Assembly (NCBI GenBank): GCA_031288095.1
Contig: JAITSB010000051.1
Coordinates: 1 to 46,957 of the forward strand
Length of the DNA: 46,957 nucleotides
Source: Candidatus Opitulatrix roisinitermitis
Lineage (GTDB): Bacteria; Actinomycetota; Actinomycetes; Actinomycetales; Bifidobacteriaceae
Reading direction: 5' to 3'
A program made the position numbers and the translations under genes. Within the stretch, counting starts at the first letter, position 1, and each line of letters begins with the position of its first letter. Below, piece after piece: positions 28,538 to 36,877 of this stretch. The notes beneath the pieces are model-generated. The model saw only the letters and a program-made list of their open reading frames with translations. It was not told the DNA's origin and ran no database searches.

Positions 28538-29470
28538 TTACTTAAAAATGCTCCAAAACGGTTTAGCTGTTAATTTTTCATTTATTTTGTCAGCCCTATT
28601 TTCCTGATCAATTCTATTTTCCTGGTCAGCCCTATTTTCCTGGTCAGTCTTATTTTTCATAGCTTTAGCCTCATCTGTTGTATTTTCTTGATTGGGGCTT
28701 TGGGCGGCTGAACCGAGTTTTTGTTTATAAGAATTTTGGGTTTCTTCGGCAAAAACAGTTGCTACAACAACTGTTATATTATCGGTGGACCCGTTTCTCA
28801 TAGCTAATTCAACTAGTTTTTGGCTAGCCTCGTCATCATTAGAAAAACGCTCCAAAGTTTTTTCAATAGCTTTGTCTGAAACAAAAGCCGAAAGCCCGTC
28901 AGAACATAAAATATACCTATCGCCGGCCTGACAATCTAATAATTCAATATCAGGATTAGTTTCAATATCAAAAAAGCCAAAAACTCTAGTCAACTGATGT
29001 CTAGAATCGTTATTTTTGGCTTTTTTTAATGTCAACTTCCCAGAATCAATCAGCTGCTGGACAACTGTATGATCATGCGATAACTGAATTAATTTCTTTT
29101 TTTCTGTGAATTTATACGCTCTAGAATCTCCTACATGCCCTAAAAGCATTTTATCTTCTGCCAAAACTAAAAAAGTGATAGTTGACCCCATCATATTTAA
29201 ATTTGGATTTTTGCCAATGAGTTTGCCAAAAGTCTCTTTGGCTTCTCCTAGAACTTGTTCAATTTTTTGTTTTAATTCACCATGATTAGGGTTTTGAGAA
29301 TAATCCACTTTGGAAAGAAAATCCACCACAATTCGGCTAGCTAAATCACCGCCGGCATAGCCGCCCATGCCGTCTGCCACTAAAACAAATTTCTCTGAAA
29401 TATAAGCAGAATCTTGATTAGAACTCCTTGTTAGACCTATATCACTAATAGCTGATGACACAAAATGCAT
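28538..29470 (-). CDS. pstP: PP2C-family Ser/Thr phosphatase with repetitive C-terminus
   Basis: 310 aa. RSSNQDS, VADGMGGYAGG, LCSDGL, GSTDNITVVV. Confidence 0.9.
   Translation of the reverse strand: MHFVSSAISDIGLTRSSNQDSAYISEKFVLVADGMGGYAGGDLASRIVVDFLSKVDYSQNPNHGELKQKIEQVLGEAKETFGKLIGKNPNLNMMGSTITFLVLAEDKMLLGHVGDSRAYKFTEKKKLIQLSHDHTVVQQLIDSGKLTLKKAKNNDSRHQLTRVFGFFDIETNPDIELLDCQAGDRYILCSDGLSAFVSDKAIEKTLERFSNDDEASQKLVELAMRNGSTDNITVVVATVFAEETQNSYKQKLGSAAQSPNQENTTDEAKAMKNKTDQENRADQENRIDQENRADKINEKLTAKPFWSIFK
28590..28643 (-). repeat. in-frame 18-nt tandem repeat x3 (DQENRA / DQENRI / DQENRA) in the pstP 3' end
   Basis: Units at 28590-28607, 28608-28625 and 28626-28643, with a degenerate fourth unit to 28661. 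Confidence 0.85.
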
Positions 29471-29508
29471 ATTAACTCCTTCTCTTTCTATTTTTCCACT
29501 GCATAATT

Positions 29509-29952
29509 TTATTTCTCGACATTTACTTCCAATCCATTTACACCCATTGAAAACATTTGACCCAATTTAATTTGGCTTACACCATAAACTCGTTTATTGT
29601 CAATAAATGTTCCATTTGTGGAGCTCAAATCTTCTAAATAAATTCTGCGACCATCTTGCCAAACCTTTAAATGTTTAGCAGATACAAAATCGTCAGACAA
29701 AACAATAGAATTGTCGTCAGCCCTGCCAACAGTTATATCTTTATTCTCTAATGGAACCGATATTCCTGACATAGGACCTTCAACAACTTGCAAAAAATAT
29801 TTTCCATCAGACCTTCCTGAACGGCTGCTTGACAGATTTTTTTTAGATTTAAATACTATCTGACTTTTAAGTTTGACCGCCACAATTATAACAAAAACCC
29901 ATAACAAAATTAAATATAGATATCTCAATACTCCTATAATTATGTCTATCAC
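29509..29952 (-). CDS. fhaB: FHA-domain membrane protein FhaB/FipA (GTG start)
   Basis: 147 aa. N-terminal TM segment with LLWVF, C-terminal FHA domain (VGRADDNSIVLSDDFVSAKHLKV...SSTNGTFIDN). Confidence 0.8.
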   Translation of the reverse strand: MIDIIIGVLRYLYLILLWVFVIIVAVKLKSQIVFKSKKNLSSSRSGRSDGKYFLQVVEGPMSGISVPLENKDITVGRADDNSIVLSDDFVSAKHLKVWQDGRRIYLEDLSSTNGTFIDNKRVYGVSQIKLGQMFSMGVNGLEVNVEK

Positions 29953-29953
29953 G

Positions 29954-30026
29954 AGCTACCTGTGAGAATTGAACTCACGACCCTGTCATTACGAGTGACA
30001 TACTCTACCAACTGAGCTAAGGTAGC
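29954..30026 (-). tRNA. tRNA-Thr (anticodon CGU)
   Basis: Reverse complement GCTACCTTAGCTCAGTTGGTAGAGTATGTCACTCGTAATGACAGGGTCGTGAGTTCAATTCTCACAGGTAGCT. The cloverleaf has anticodon arm TGTCA-CTCGTAA-TGACA. No encoded CCA. Confidence 0.9.
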
Positions 30027-30035
30027 ATTTCTTAA

Positions 30036-30044
30036 ATGCTATCA
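30036..30044 (-). promoter_or_regulatory. extended -10-like box TGATAGCAT, 9 nt upstream of the tRNA-Thr 5' end
   Basis: Read on the minus strand as TGA-TAGCAT-TTAAGAAAT-GCTACC. The geometry is the same as upstream of the tRNA at 44478. Confidence 0.35.
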
Positions 30045-30071
30045 CAAACCATATGCTATATATTTGCTCAT

Positions 30072-30518
30072 TCACGTTTTGTCAACCTCTTTAACCATAA
30101 TAAGTGCGTTTTTGCCTTGTCCAAAATAATTCTGTCTTTTATCTATTATTTTATAACCGCTAGACTTATATAATTTTATGGCTGGTTCATTTTGATCATA
30201 AACTTCTAAAAAAACTTTTTTGCCGACTGATTTTTTTGCCACCCATTGCATAAGCTTTTTGCCATATCCGAGTTTCTGAAAACGTCTTTTAACTGCTAAT
30301 GAAAAGATATCATTATAATCTGGCGTTATTATTAACGCCGCATAACCGACCACTTCATTTAATTGTCTATCTTTTAATAAATAAAACACTTTATTCTTAT
30401 CTTTTAAAGCTTGATAAATAGCATCAAAACTATATGGTTTAGAAAAATTATTTGAAAACGATTCTTTTGATGAAAAAACATCTTTTTCAATATTATAAAT
30501 AATTTCAGCCTTAGTCAT
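30072..30518 (-). CDS. rimI: GNAT acetyltransferase, ribosomal-protein-alanine N-acetyltransferase RimI type
   Basis: 148 aa. The acetyl-CoA motif RRFQKLGYGKKLM and its position after tsaE-tsaB support the call. Confidence 0.7.
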   Translation of the reverse strand: MTKAEIIYNIEKDVFSSKESFSNNFSKPYSFDAIYQALKDKNKVFYLLKDRQLNEVVGYAALIITPDYNDIFSLAVKRRFQKLGYGKKLMQWVAKKSVGKKVFLEVYDQNEPAIKLYKSSGYKIIDKRQNYFGQGKNALIMVKEVDKT

Positions 30519-30529
30519 AAGTTTCTATA

Positions 30530-31267
30530 TTAATTTATATCTGGCGGCCGTAAATAAAGCGGTTCTAATGAAGCTTTCGGCGCCAAAACGGACATTTTTA
30601 AAAAATCTTTTACTGAGGTTTTTTTATAAGAGATTTTCTTATAGCATTTAGTTTTATAACTTTTGTTTAAATTTATATTGCCTAATTGAACAATTTCTGG
30701 TTTCTGCAAAATATCAAAAATTTCACTAAGCGGACTTATATCTACATTTAATTGTTTATAGCTATTCGCAGAAACGCCGTCTGCAATAAATTTTTGATCT
30801 ACTTGATTTAGGGCTTGATTTTCTTTAATAAAATGCCCCCAATAAACCTGCCCACGCCGAGCATGATTTACAACTATAACTTCTTTTTCGCCGCTGGCCA
30901 AAGCATAAACTAAAAGACTAGAAAAGCCCGATATTTCACAGCCTAAACCCTGGGATATCCCTAGGCCAGCGGCGATACCTGAACGCAAACCTGTAAAAGG
31001 TCCTGGACCAATGCCTACCCTAATAGAATTTATCTCTTTTATAGAAAGATTGTTCTTTTGCAAAATATTGTATATATCAGGTATTAAATTCTCCACATGT
31101 TCAAAAGCGGTCTTTGATTGACGAGCTCCTAGAACTTTAATTTTGCTCTTATAGCTGCCTTTTTTAACATCTTTTTGTCTAGCGGTCTGAACTATTCCAA
31201 CTGCATAAAAAAAAGAAGAATCTATTATTATTTCTAAGGACATTTTCTTACAACTCTCAAATTTCAT
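30530..31267 (-). CDS. tsaB: tRNA t6A37 biosynthesis protein TsaB (YeaZ); start may be the internal ATG at 31243
   Basis: 245 aa. ...GIGPGPFTGLRSGIA... motif. tsaE-tsaB-rimI gene order. Confidence 0.8.
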   Translation of the reverse strand: MKFESCKKMSLEIIIDSSFFYAVGIVQTARQKDVKKGSYKSKIKVLGARQSKTAFEHVENLIPDIYNILQKNNLSIKEINSIRVGIGPGPFTGLRSGIAAGLGISQGLGCEISGFSSLLVYALASGEKEVIVVNHARRGQVYWGHFIKENQALNQVDQKFIADGVSANSYKQLNVDISPLSEIFDILQKPEIVQLGNINLNKSYKTKCYKKISYKKTSVKDFLKMSVLAPKASLEPLYLRPPDIN

Positions 31268-31793
31268 AACAATCTAAGCCAAAAATTTCAAAAATTCTTA
31301 AACTATTAGACAAGTCATCTGTTGCAAAGGAAATATTAATATGAATAATATTTTTTGTCAGTTCTTGGCTATTCAATAAATTTTCCACTAGTTCACCCCA
31401 TTCTATAACTACTAAGGAATTATTTAAAAAACTGTCAATATCTAAACTCTGTAATTGGTCATATAGCAAATGGCCTGCCGCACCATTTGGCGAAGAATTG
31501 CCCGACAAACGATAAGCATCTATATGGACCAAAAAAGTTTCTTTTGACTTACCTTTTAATTTACCAGGTATTTTATAAATTCTTTCTAAAGTAAAAGTGG
31601 GTGAAACAACCATTTTTTCAATTCCTAAAGCTTTAGCCAAAGACTTAGTGAAAGCCGTTTTACCTACACCCAAAGGCCCAGACAAAACAATAATATCCCC
31701 TATATGCAAATGTTTAATAAGCTTTTGAGTGAAAATATCTAACTGAGATAAATTATTTATTTTTTGAATATTTTTCATTTTTGTAAATTTCAT
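31257..31793 (-). CDS. tsaE: tRNA t6A37 biosynthesis ATPase TsaE (YjeE)
   Basis: 178 aa. LSGPLGVGKT P-loop, SPTFTL, H.DAYRL. Confidence 0.85.
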   Translation of the reverse strand: MKFTKMKNIQKINNLSQLDIFTQKLIKHLHIGDIIVLSGPLGVGKTAFTKSLAKALGIEKMVVSPTFTLERIYKIPGKLKGKSKETFLVHIDAYRLSGNSSPNGAAGHLLYDQLQSLDIDSFLNNSLVVIEWGELVENLLNSQELTKNIIHINISFATDDLSNSLRIFEIFGLDCYEI

Positions 31794-33009
31794 TTTTATA
31801 AATCCGCGGCACTTTTGCGGCTATTGAAGTTATGACATTATAGCCAATTGTGCCAACCATTTTAGCCAAATCATCAGCTGTTAAAGAGTTAGGCTTTTCT
31901 CCTCGCCCAAAAAATTCTACTTTGTCACCGGGCTTCTCGGGACAATTTTGCCCTAAATCAAATAAAATTTGATCCATACAAACAGATCCCACACTTTTTA
32001 TTAAGTTTTTTCTAGCATAAGAATAACATTGGATTTTATTTTGATTAACCCAGCGCAGGCCGTCTGCATAGCCCAAAGGTATAACTGCTATATTAGTATT
32101 TTCTTTAGGTTTATATTTATGCCCATAAGAGACTCCTGCACCCCGAGGATATTTGCTAATAGAAGAAAATTTACCAAATAATCTCATAGCTGGATAAAAA
32201 CCCATTTTTTTTATATCTATTGTGTCAATTGTTTTAAGTCCATAAGCCAAAATACCTGGTCTAATCATATCAAAAGCTAATTCTGGATGAGTTAAACAAA
32301 TAGCTGAATTTGCTATATGGCGAATTGGCAAATCTTCTTGTCCAAAATATTCTATATATTTATCAACAAATAAATTATAGGCCTGCAAAACTCTTTTATT
32401 GGAAGGGTGTTCAGGAATATCAGCCATAGCAAAATGCGTCCAAAGACCTGTCACTTTCAAATACTTCTGATATTCTTTAACTTTTTTAAAACACTCATCA
32501 TATAAATCGGCCGAAAATCCGTCTCTGCCAAATTCTATATCCATTTTGAGATGAATTTTAGCTTTTTGGGGCAAATTTGGATTATTTTTTACTGTATAAG
32601 CAATTTTCTCTAAGGCCCAAATTGACCCAACAGACAGCTCTATATCAGAAGCAATAATTTCATCAAACGGAGCATCAGGAGTATAAAGCCATGCTAAAAT
32701 CTTAGCGTCTTTTGAACTTATACCATTTTGTCGCAAAACTAAAGCCTCAGAAACTTGCGCAGTTCCTAAATATTGGACTCCTGCTCTAATCATAGAATTA
32801 GCCACCTGCATAAGACCATGTCCATAAGCATTGGCCTTAACAACGCCTAATATCTTTGGCTTTGAGTTTGTTTTAACATTATTTAATAATTTGCTTTTAC
32901 AGCTTAATTTGTTTTTACAGTTTATAAATTTTTGAATATTTTTTATATTTTGTTCTATAACTTGTAAATCAATTTCCGCCCAAGCCGAATAAAAAACTTG
33001 CTTATTCAA
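31753..33009 (-). CDS. alr: alanine racemase
   Basis: 418 aa. VVKANAYGHG (PLP lysine) and ...YGHKY.. patterns. Has a short Lys/Asn-rich insertion near the N-terminus. Confidence 0.9.
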   Translation of the reverse strand: MNKQVFYSAWAEIDLQVIEQNIKNIQKFINCKNKLSCKSKLLNNVKTNSKPKILGVVKANAYGHGLMQVANSMIRAGVQYLGTAQVSEALVLRQNGISSKDAKILAWLYTPDAPFDEIIASDIELSVGSIWALEKIAYTVKNNPNLPQKAKIHLKMDIEFGRDGFSADLYDECFKKVKEYQKYLKVTGLWTHFAMADIPEHPSNKRVLQAYNLFVDKYIEYFGQEDLPIRHIANSAICLTHPELAFDMIRPGILAYGLKTIDTIDIKKMGFYPAMRLFGKFSSISKYPRGAGVSYGHKYKPKENTNIAVIPLGYADGLRWVNQNKIQCYSYARKNLIKSVGSVCMDQILFDLGQNCPEKPGDKVEFFGRGEKPNSLTADDLAKMVGTIGYNVITSIAAKVPRIYKNEIYKNEKYSKNK

Positions 33010-33037
33010 CTTATTTATTAACCTATTTCAAAAAAAT

Positions 33038-33718
33038 TTATTTCGAGCGAAAAATAATTTTAGATCTGCCAATAGTTATAGTATTGCCGTGCAGCAAAAG
33101 TGCATCAGCTGTTAAATGATCTTCCACCCTCATGCCATTTGTGGAGCCTAAATCCTTAGCTATAACGCCGTCATTAGTGATTTCAAATTGAATATGCTTT
33201 CTTGAAACACTTGTGTCATCTATAACTATATCTGCTTCCTGTGAACGTCCAACAGTCGTGATATTTTTAGTCAAAGGATAGCGCCTTCCATTTACATCTA
33301 TAGTATATTGGTCTTTAACAGGCGCCGCAGACGTTTTAGTGTTAGGCGAAACTTTAACTGAAACTATTTTAAAATCACCTTTTTCTAATTCAACATTTTC
33401 TTCAAAAATCACTTTAACTACATCTGAAAATGAATAACCCTGTGACGAGGCATATTCAGAAATTTCCATAGCTAAATCGTCGGCGAAATTCACCGAACCC
33501 CAGCTTTCAATAGTGTCAAAATCTGCTGTTGATAATATTATATGATATTGGTTGGGGACAATTTTTTTTTCTAAAGAAATCGTTAAGGCTTTAGCATCAA
33601 CTTCTTTTTTTAACGCTGTCACTAATTCAACAGGCTTTAAATCTTTTGCACCAAAACGTGAAAAAATCTTATTAAACATCTTCTCTGAAGATTGTTCAAA
33701 TTTATCAAGAAAACTCAT
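33038..33718 (-). CDS. fhaA: FhaA (DUF3662 N-domain plus C-terminal FHA domain)
   Basis: 226 aa. MSFLDKFEQSSEKMFNKIF...ELVTALKKE N-domain, FHA domain GRSQEADIVIDDTSVSRKHIQF...GSTNGMRV. Confidence 0.8.
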   Translation of the reverse strand: MSFLDKFEQSSEKMFNKIFSRFGAKDLKPVELVTALKKEVDAKALTISLEKKIVPNQYHIILSTADFDTIESWGSVNFADDLAMEISEYASSQGYSFSDVVKVIFEENVELEKGDFKIVSVKVSPNTKTSAAPVKDQYTIDVNGRRYPLTKNITTVGRSQEADIVIDDTSVSRKHIQFEITNDGVIAKDLGSTNGMRVEDHLTADALLLHGNTITIGRSKIIFRSK

Positions 33719-33864
33719 AATTTTACCTTTCGGAACTTTTTAAAAATAAAAGTTCTACTTACAATAAGTTTATCACGTATAAAATAAGGTCAAGCGAACG
33801 GTTTTCAACAAAGTTTATATTTTCACATATTTTTTACAAACTTGATTAGTAGAAATTCCCTGTA

Positions 33865-33870
33865 TATTAT
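33865..33870 (+). promoter_or_regulatory. -10-like TATTAT 6 nt upstream of the tadZ-like ATG (leaderless-type)
   Basis: TGTATATTAT-TTATTC-ATG, with no Shine-Dalgarno sequence. Confidence 0.3.
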
Positions 33871-33876
33871 TTATTC

Positions 33877-35019
33877 ATGGACTGGAATTTGCCAATTGCT
33901 GATGACCTAAAATATAATTCAAACAAATCATCATCTGAAATAAATTTAGCCAATTCAGGCATTAACAACAAAGGCCTTTCAGAAAACACCCCAAAGCATT
34001 TCACACAGTCCGAAGAATCTTTTGAATCTCAAAATATCAGTCCGCCTACACAAAATGCTAGTATTTCCTATGAAACGCCGTCCTATACAAACTATTCCGC
34101 CGCAGGCGCCAACCCTTCCGCCGCAGGCGACTTTCCGTCAAATAATTTTCCACCAGATAATTTTTCACCAAATACTTTTCCACCAAATAATTTTCCAGCA
34201 AATACTTTTCCATCAAATAATTTTTCGCCAAATAATTTTCCAACAAATACTTTTCCAGCAAGTAATTTTTCGCCAAATACTTTTCCAACAAACACTTTTT
34301 TTGGCCCAATATCTCAAAAAACTAACAATAAAACCATAGCCATTGTTGGTTCTACTGGCGGCATCGGCACAACCTTATTTTCTATTTGTTTTGCTTTATA
34401 TTTATCTCAGTTTCACAAAACTATTTTAATAGATTCTGTGGCTGGCGGCACAGGTTTAGACATAACATTAGGACTAGAAAATAAAACCGGTCTTAGAATG
34501 TGCGATTTAGTTAATGCTGATGGTCAAATTCCTGCAGAACGTTTATATGAACAAAGTATAGAATACCAAAAGTTGAAAATTCTAAGCTCAAACTATACTA
34601 ATCCAATTTTTCCCACAGACGCAATTTTTGCCAATATAGTAAAACAACTCAAAAACGTCACAGATTATACAATTATTGACACTCCTCGCGATAAATTAAC
34701 TAACAGTGAATTTGTTAAAACTCTAGATAGTTTAATTATTGTCACACCGAATAATATTCAAGGCATTAGTGCGGCGTCCTCTATATGCAACTTAACAAAA
34801 GATATAAAGAAAAATCTTTTAGTGGGCAAACTTCACAGTTTTAAAAATATAAAATTATTTACTAACGCTGAAATTGCTAATTTCTTAGATGCTAAAATTC
34901 TTGGGTTTTTAAAAATTGACTCTTACATAAAATCGTCCCTCCAAAGCGGTTATCCAATTCAGTTGAAAAAATCCAGTGATATATACCAATTAATAGAAGA
35001 TATTATAAAAATAATTTAA
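33877..35019 (+). CDS. TadZ/CpaE-like (MinD/ParA-fold) protein with N-terminal pentapeptide-repeat region
   Basis: 380 aa. The C-terminal ~240 aa have a ParA/MinD-like pattern with a deviant P-loop (IAIVGSTGGIGTT). Lies directly upstream of the CpaF-type ATPase, as in actinobacterial Rv3660c-Rv3657c type clusters. Confidence 0.6.
   Translation: MDWNLPIADDLKYNSNKSSSEINLANSGINNKGLSENTPKHFTQSEESFESQNISPPTQNASISYETPSYTNYSAAGANPSAAGDFPSNNFPPDNFSPNTFPPNNFPANTFPSNNFSPNNFPTNTFPASNFSPNTFPTNTFFGPISQKTNNKTIAIVGSTGGIGTTLFSICFALYLSQFHKTILIDSVAGGTGLDITLGLENKTGLRMCDLVNADGQIPAERLYEQSIEYQKLKILSSNYTNPIFPTDAIFANIVKQLKNVTDYTIIDTPRDKLTNSEFVKTLDSLIIVTPNNIQGISAASSICNLTKDIKKNLLVGKLHSFKNIKLFTNAEIANFLDAKILGFLKIDSYIKSSLQSGYPIQLKKSSDIYQLIEDIIKII
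34129..34305 (+). repeat. about 11 in-frame 15-nt units encoding N-[NT]-F-[PS]-x pentapeptides
   Basis: DFPS NNFPP DNFSP NTFPP NNFPA NTFPS NNFSP NNFPT NTFPA SNFSP NTFPT NTFFG. Preceded by a 14-nt duplication (TTCCGCCGCAGGCG at 34095 and 34116). Confidence 0.9.
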
Positions 35020-35037
35020 CGAGGAATTAAATTAAAT

Positions 35038-36168
35038 ATGTTAACTCAAGTCGATAAAGTAATAGACAGCACTCGCAACACATTAATTTCAGATGACAAA
35101 ATAACTTCCAAAAAGGATATTTTTGATAAAATAAACCAAAATAATATAATAGGGTCTTCTAGAGTAGACAAAATGGTAGACGCTGTTTCAGCTGATCTTT
35201 TAGGCTTAGGGCCATTACAATTTTTAGCCGAGATAAAAGGCGTAACAGATATAGTAGTGAACGGTCCTAATAATGTTTTTATAGACAGAGGACACGGCAT
35301 GGAAAGGGCTCAAATTGAGCCAGAAAAATTGGATACGTCTGAAAAATTGCGAGAATTTGCCTTTAAATTAGCAGTTTTATCAGGCTCTAGATTAGACGAT
35401 TCTGCGCCAATTGTGGACGCTCAGCTGCCTATGGGATACCGTTTACACGCTGTAATAGAGCCTTTATGCGAAAATGGCGCACTTATTAGCATAAGAATAC
35501 CTTCACAAAATATACTCTCTTTTGACCAATTCGTAGCTGATAAAACAATTAACCAACAGTGGGCTGAAAATATTAAACAGTTTATTAAAGAAAGAAAAAA
35601 TATAGTTATCACTGGCGCCACAGGTTCTGGCAAAACTACCCTTTTAGCCGCTTTAATAAGTTTAATTAACCAATCTGAACGAATTATATGTATTGAAGAA
35701 TCAAAAGAAATACCTAATTTTATTCATCCTCATATTATTTCTCTAATTGCCAAAAAACCCAATATTGAGGGCTTAGGCGAAATAACTTTGCAGCAATTAG
35801 TGAAGGCTTCTCTTAGAATGAGACCCGATAGATTGCTTTTAGGAGAAGCCCGAGGACCTGAAATATCAGATCTACTTATTGCTTTAAACACTGGTCATAA
35901 AGGAGGAATTGCCACACTACATTCCAACGACGCTAATTCTGTTCCAGCTCGGTTAGAAGCCTTAGGTGCGTTAGCTGGGTTAAAGCCCCAAGCTTTAGCT
36001 GCCCAAGCAATTAGTGCTATAGATATTATTTTGCATATAGATAAAATCAGTTGCGGCAAATTTGATTCTAGCAAGAATTTGGTTAAAAGAAAATTAACCC
36101 AAATTGCTAAATTAACGCTAAATACTGACTACCGTTTAGGCGTGGAAATTTTACAATCTGAAAAATAA
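35038..36168 (+). CDS. tadA: TadA/CpaF-family type II/IV secretion ATPase
   Basis: 376 aa. Walker A ITGATGSGKTT, Walker B/Asp box RIICIEE, ...RMRPDRLLLGEARG..., HSN His box. Confidence 0.9.
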   Translation: MLTQVDKVIDSTRNTLISDDKITSKKDIFDKINQNNIIGSSRVDKMVDAVSADLLGLGPLQFLAEIKGVTDIVVNGPNNVFIDRGHGMERAQIEPEKLDTSEKLREFAFKLAVLSGSRLDDSAPIVDAQLPMGYRLHAVIEPLCENGALISIRIPSQNILSFDQFVADKTINQQWAENIKQFIKERKNIVITGATGSGKTTLLAALISLINQSERIICIEESKEIPNFIHPHIISLIAKKPNIEGLGEITLQQLVKASLRMRPDRLLLGEARGPEISDLLIALNTGHKGGIATLHSNDANSVPARLEALGALAGLKPQALAAQAISAIDIILHIDKISCGKFDSSKNLVKRKLTQIAKLTLNTDYRLGVEILQSEK

Positions 36169-36217
36169 TAAGAATTGTTCAAAAGATATGAATTGCTTAA
36201 AAATATACAAAAAATAA

Positions 36218-36877
36218 ATGTTGATAATTATCTTATTTAGCCTTTTTTTATATCTATTAATCTGGACTCCCCGTAGAATAACACCTTTTGGCAAAACTTC
36301 TAATATAAATCAGGCTAAAAGCGAAAATGCTAATAGTTTAATAACTGTTCAGAAAGACTTCACCCCTTTAGAGGTTTTAGATTTATTAGCTCAATATCTA
36401 AAAATTGTCCCTAACACTAAAAAAGCTTTTGAAAAAGTCTTTTATAAAGGCATAAATTTAGAAAATAGTCACGAAATTCTTCAAGCTTTTCAGAAGAAAT
36501 GCCAAAACTATTCTAAACGAAAGCATATAAAAATTGCTGCATTAAACACAATTTTATCTATTAAAACATCTTCTATATTGGGCATACCGCTGCATAAAAC
36601 ACTTTTAGAAACAAAAAAAGTTTTATCTGACGAAATTGAAACACTAAATTTATGGAAAATGTCAATTGCTGGCCCTAGAACAACTGCTAAAATTCTGCAA
36701 GCTTTACCAATTCTAGGAATTTTCATTGGATTTATTTTTGGGGTTAACCCCCTAGAAGTGTTTTTTGATTTTTCCTTTGGAACAATAATATTTGTTATTG
36801 GTTTATCTTTAAATATAGCTGGATCACGTTGGATTAAATCTATGGAAAACAAAATATGGAAACAATTTTATTTTTAA
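36218..36877 (+). CDS. tadB: TadB-like (T2SS F-domain) inner-membrane protein
   Basis: 219 aa. One N-terminal TM segment and two C-terminal ones. Assigned by position after the ATPase; sequence similarity is judged only by architecture. Confidence 0.55.
   Translation: MLIIILFSLFLYLLIWTPRRITPFGKTSNINQAKSENANSLITVQKDFTPLEVLDLLAQYLKIVPNTKKAFEKVFYKGINLENSHEILQAFQKKCQNYSKRKHIKIAALNTILSIKTSSILGIPLHKTLLETKKVLSDEIETLNLWKMSIAGPRTTAKILQALPILGIFIGFIFGVNPLEVFFDFSFGTIIFVIGLSLNIAGSRWIKSMENKIWKQFYF

Noticed and set aside
34022-34339. Three overlapping ORFs (34022-34339 +, 34058-34309 -, 34092-34295 -) with striking repetitive peptides
   Set aside because: They are artefacts of the 15-nt periodic repeat in the tadZ-like gene, which keeps every frame open. 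The frame continuous with the ParA-like C-terminal domain is the real one.
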